Shown: piece by piece, positions 61,106 through 64,000 of the stretch | Position numbering within the stretch: the stretch's first letter is position 1 | How the letters are laid out: every line of letters starts with the position of its first letter | Source of the DNA: Gonapodya sp. JEL0774 | Lineage: Eukaryota | Assembly (NCBI GenBank): GCA_027604505.1 | Contig: JADIIX010000078.1 | Span: 1-64,000 of the forward strand | Reading direction: 5' to 3' | Length of the DNA stretch: 64,000 nucleotides | Program-made: the position numbers and the translations under genes | Notes under the pieces: model-generated | Seen by the model: only the letters and a program-made list of their open reading frames with translations | What the model was told of the DNA's origin: nothing | The model's database searches: none

Positions 61106-61332
61106 TATGGTCGGAAGGTAGCACACTGATTCTCAGCGACTAGACAGGAATGACCGATTCCACGTTCAGGTTGAGCTAAAAATTACTTGAAGAGTTGCGA
61201 ATCTGTGCCGAAATTTCCAGATCGAAGCGGCGATATCGGTGATTGGGGTTGGTGAGGGGGTTGCTGTGTGTTGATCGATGCACTCTACTGACGGCAAACT
61301 GCAGAATAAAATATCATTACTTTCCCTCCCAA

Positions 61333-63252
61333 ATGACGTCGATTCTCGGTGCAGCAGCTCCAACTGCAATCGATCCAAATCTTGATTCTTTGTTTGCTCA
61401 ACCTCAAAAGAGGAAACTCTCCGTTCTGGACACTCGTGAACCAAAAACAAAGAAAGCAAAGCTCATCTCCGGCGATTCATTGCCGGTGGACACCTCGAAA
61501 AAGGCGGTTCCCGCTGTGAAAGAAAAGAAAGGTGTCTGGGCAAGGAGGAAGGAACGGAGGCGGTTAGAGACGGCGGCTGTAACGCAGGTGGGGGAGGAAG
61601 CTGGTGGTGAAGAACAGGCTGATGCCGTCGGGTCTCCGGAGAAGAGATCTCCAAAAGTCCGGACATTAAGCACCGGTCAAAATGGAGGAAAGAATGATGT
61701 TGCAACGGGTGGTAACTCTGAGACGGTCGATGACAAACACGACAAGAATAACTCAGTGGCCGAGAAGGACGATGAAGATGAAACCCTCAACGACACAGAA
61801 AAACTCTCTCGGACAGTATTTTTGGGAAATGTAGTCGCAGAAGTAGTCACGAAAAAGGTATGCTGGCATGAGCGTTCATCTCGGCGTCCGCTGTTTGGTG
61901 GCGAACATTCCCTGGTTTGACCTTGACAGTCTACCAAGAAGGCCTTTCAAAAGCTTCTGGAGCAGTCAGGGCAGATTGAAAGCATACGATTTAGGTCTAT
62001 CGTGAGTATACCTGGAGGGTGTCACATCTTGGAGATGTAGTTTCCGATTCTCTCAATGGAGTCGCGGGGCAAATAAGTCAAGCAGGCGAAGCCGTGCTCC
62101 ACAGCTCCCAATCCCTAAAACCCTGGGGGGCGGTTGCTGCACATAACCCAGTTGTTTTAGAACCTAGTATCGAATTATCCCAGGTCCTTTGTTTTGCGGC
62201 ACTCGTGTTCTCCGTGAAACCCCGCCACCAACATGCTCAACTATCCACTCGCAGGCCTTCTCCGCCCCTCTTGCACGCCGCACCGCCTTTGCCGCCAAAC
62301 TCGTCCATCCTGACCGCGACACGTGCCACGCCTACGCAGTTTTTTCAACCCCTGAATCCGCCGCGAAGTGCGTCACCGAACTGAATGGGACGGTTTGGAT
62401 GGAAAAGCATTTGAGGGTGGACATGGCTGGCAGGGATGGGGTGAGCATGGGGTCCGAGCCTAGTGAAGGATGAGGTGTTCGGGGGCTGCGAGATGTGTGG
62501 TATTCTCCCTCCTATCAGTATCAGCCTTCACGCATTCACTGCCTGACACGTTTCGATCCTACCCCACTGTTCCTCCATCGCAGCCACCCGACACCAAACG
62601 GTCTGTCTTTTTGGGAAACTTGCCCCTTGATTGTAAGGACGAATCCCTGTGGGAGCTGTTCAAGGACATGGAATCAGAGATTGAAGGTGTTAGGGTCGTT
62701 AGAGACGCGAAGACCAATTTAGGGAGGGGCGTGGGGTGAGTTTGCGAATCTCGCTTGTGTTGCGTTGTGCCAAGGACACCGCGAGTACTCTCACCTAACC
62801 ACTCTCACCATCATGCTTCATCGTGAAGCTACGTCACATTCAAATCCCGCGCCACCGCCACCCTTGCCCTGAAACACACAGGCTCCATCACCGGACGAGA
62901 AATTCGCGTTGCGCGATGCAAACCGCCGAGGGACTCGGCTATGACGTCTGGCTCAAAGACGACCAATCTGCCTTTGGGTGCTGTTGCCAAACCGGGTGCG
63001 CACAGATCCGCGCGATCTGCGAGACCTGCTGGTGTAGATGGGGCAGTTAGACGCTTGGTGAAAATGAAGAAAATTGCAAAGCCGTTGTCAGCCGGTGAGG
63101 CGATGGAAGGGGAAAGGGCGAAGAGAGGGGATCGAGTGTCGGTTGGGGGAGTCAAGGCGAAGGCGAGAAAGAGGGCAGGAGGCCCGGCGGGGAAAGTTAT
63201 GGACAGTAGGAAAAGCAAGAAACAATCTTCCAAGGCTTCAAAAAAGAAATGA
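61333..63252 (+). CDS. NOP12: Nucleolar protein Nop12/RBM34 (2 RRMs)
   Basis: RTVFLGNV, IESIRFRSI/AF, CHAYAVF, HLRVD, KRSVFLGNLP, VRVVRDAKTNLGRG; basic tail with AMEGERA. Confidence 0.9.
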
Positions 63253-63383
63253 ATGAGATACGTGATTAACTCGGCTTCATCATACAGTTTACATGTCTAC
63301 AAAACCAAACCTCCAAATATGGTATATGTACCAAACTCGCTACGTTTTCCATGTAGTCTCAGTCTCTTATTGTAACAGGCTTG

Positions 63384-64000
63384 TTATCGATTAACCCTTG
63401 CGAAAGAAGGGCGCGGTGACATGGGTGGCCCCGCGCCAGAGGCCCCTCTCACATCTCCCACTCCACTGACACCCGCTAAATCTCCCAACAGCGCATCAAT
63501 CTTTTGTGTTGTTTGAGCCGAAATCTGCGCGCCACCTAGATCTCCCTGTGGACTCGTGAGACCGGCAGAGGGGGCGCTCTCCCTGTAGCCTTGTCCTTGG
63601 CTGTGGGGTTTCGGCGTGGAGGATAGCGTGGGAACAGGGCCCTCCCGTTCGTCGGCGGCAGCGGCGAGCCGAGGGGTGACGGACCCAAGTGGGGATGGGG
63701 ACGAAGGACGGTAAGAGCTGCCGCCCTCGTGTGTCGATCGCGGACGGGTTGTGTTTGAGGATGGGTTCTGTATTTTCGGGATAGTAAGACGAGCGTCAGA
63801 TGTGATTCGCGCACTCCATCTCAATTTTCTTGCAATGTTTGTGCTGATTGAACGCACCTGCCCCGTCCTATCCTGTCCTCGTTGCGGCTGAGATGAGGAA
63901 GCTCTCGCGGAGGTTGCTCCGCCGTTCTGCTTCTGATATAAGTTTACGTAGGTGGAAGGAATCCAGCCTTTGGGTTTCATGTGTGGGGAACAACCATGCA
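63384..64000 (-). CDS. 3' end of a probable SH3-domain protein (partial; runs off the window)
   Basis: KGWIPSTYV is the C-terminal SH3 signature, followed by a Ser/Pro-rich tail. Confidence 0.55.
   Translation of the reverse strand, partial: HGCSPHMKPKGWIPSTYVNLYQKQNGGATSARASSSQPQRGQDRTGQVRSISTNIARKLRWSARITSDARLTIPKIQNPSSNTTRPRSTHEGGSSYRPSSPSPLGSVTPRLAAAADEREGPVPTLSSTPKPHSQGQGYRESAPSAGLTSPQGDLGGAQISAQTTQKIDALLGDLAGVSGVGDVRGASGAGPPMSPRPSFARVNR

Overview
Intron-rich eukaryotic DNA, most consistent with an early-diverging, probably flagellated (zoosporic) fungus; this is inferred from gene content, and no species is claimed. Bases 1-10.2 kb are a nested, CpG-decayed LTR-retrotransposon island: Ty1/Copia relics, a solo LTR, a complete 333-bp TRIM and a degenerate ~7.2-kb Ty3/Gypsy chromovirus. 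Bases 11-64 kb are a very compact run of housekeeping genes: UTP21, SF3B5, SLU7, RPS9, RPL21, an ACP-like gene, mitochondrial ACP, DPY30, an orphan ORF, CBF5, a CENP-E-like kinesin, MMS19, EFCAB10, PRP40, NUFIP1/RSA1, a RING-TRAF protein, mL50, an acyltransferase, ATP4, PET117, MUS81, NOP12 and a partial SH3 gene. Best leads: (1) a tandem paralogue of mitochondrial acyl carrier protein that has lost the phosphopantetheine serine; (2) a tiny TRIM with a tRNA-iMet-half primer site and split Pol III A/B-box-like motifs; (3) a hairpin-rich element shared at 71/71 bp between introns of the divergent RPS9 and RPL21 genes, in an island whose introns are G-rich at the 5' end and C-rich at the 3' end. 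Gene models were spliced by eye, so exact start codons are provisional.
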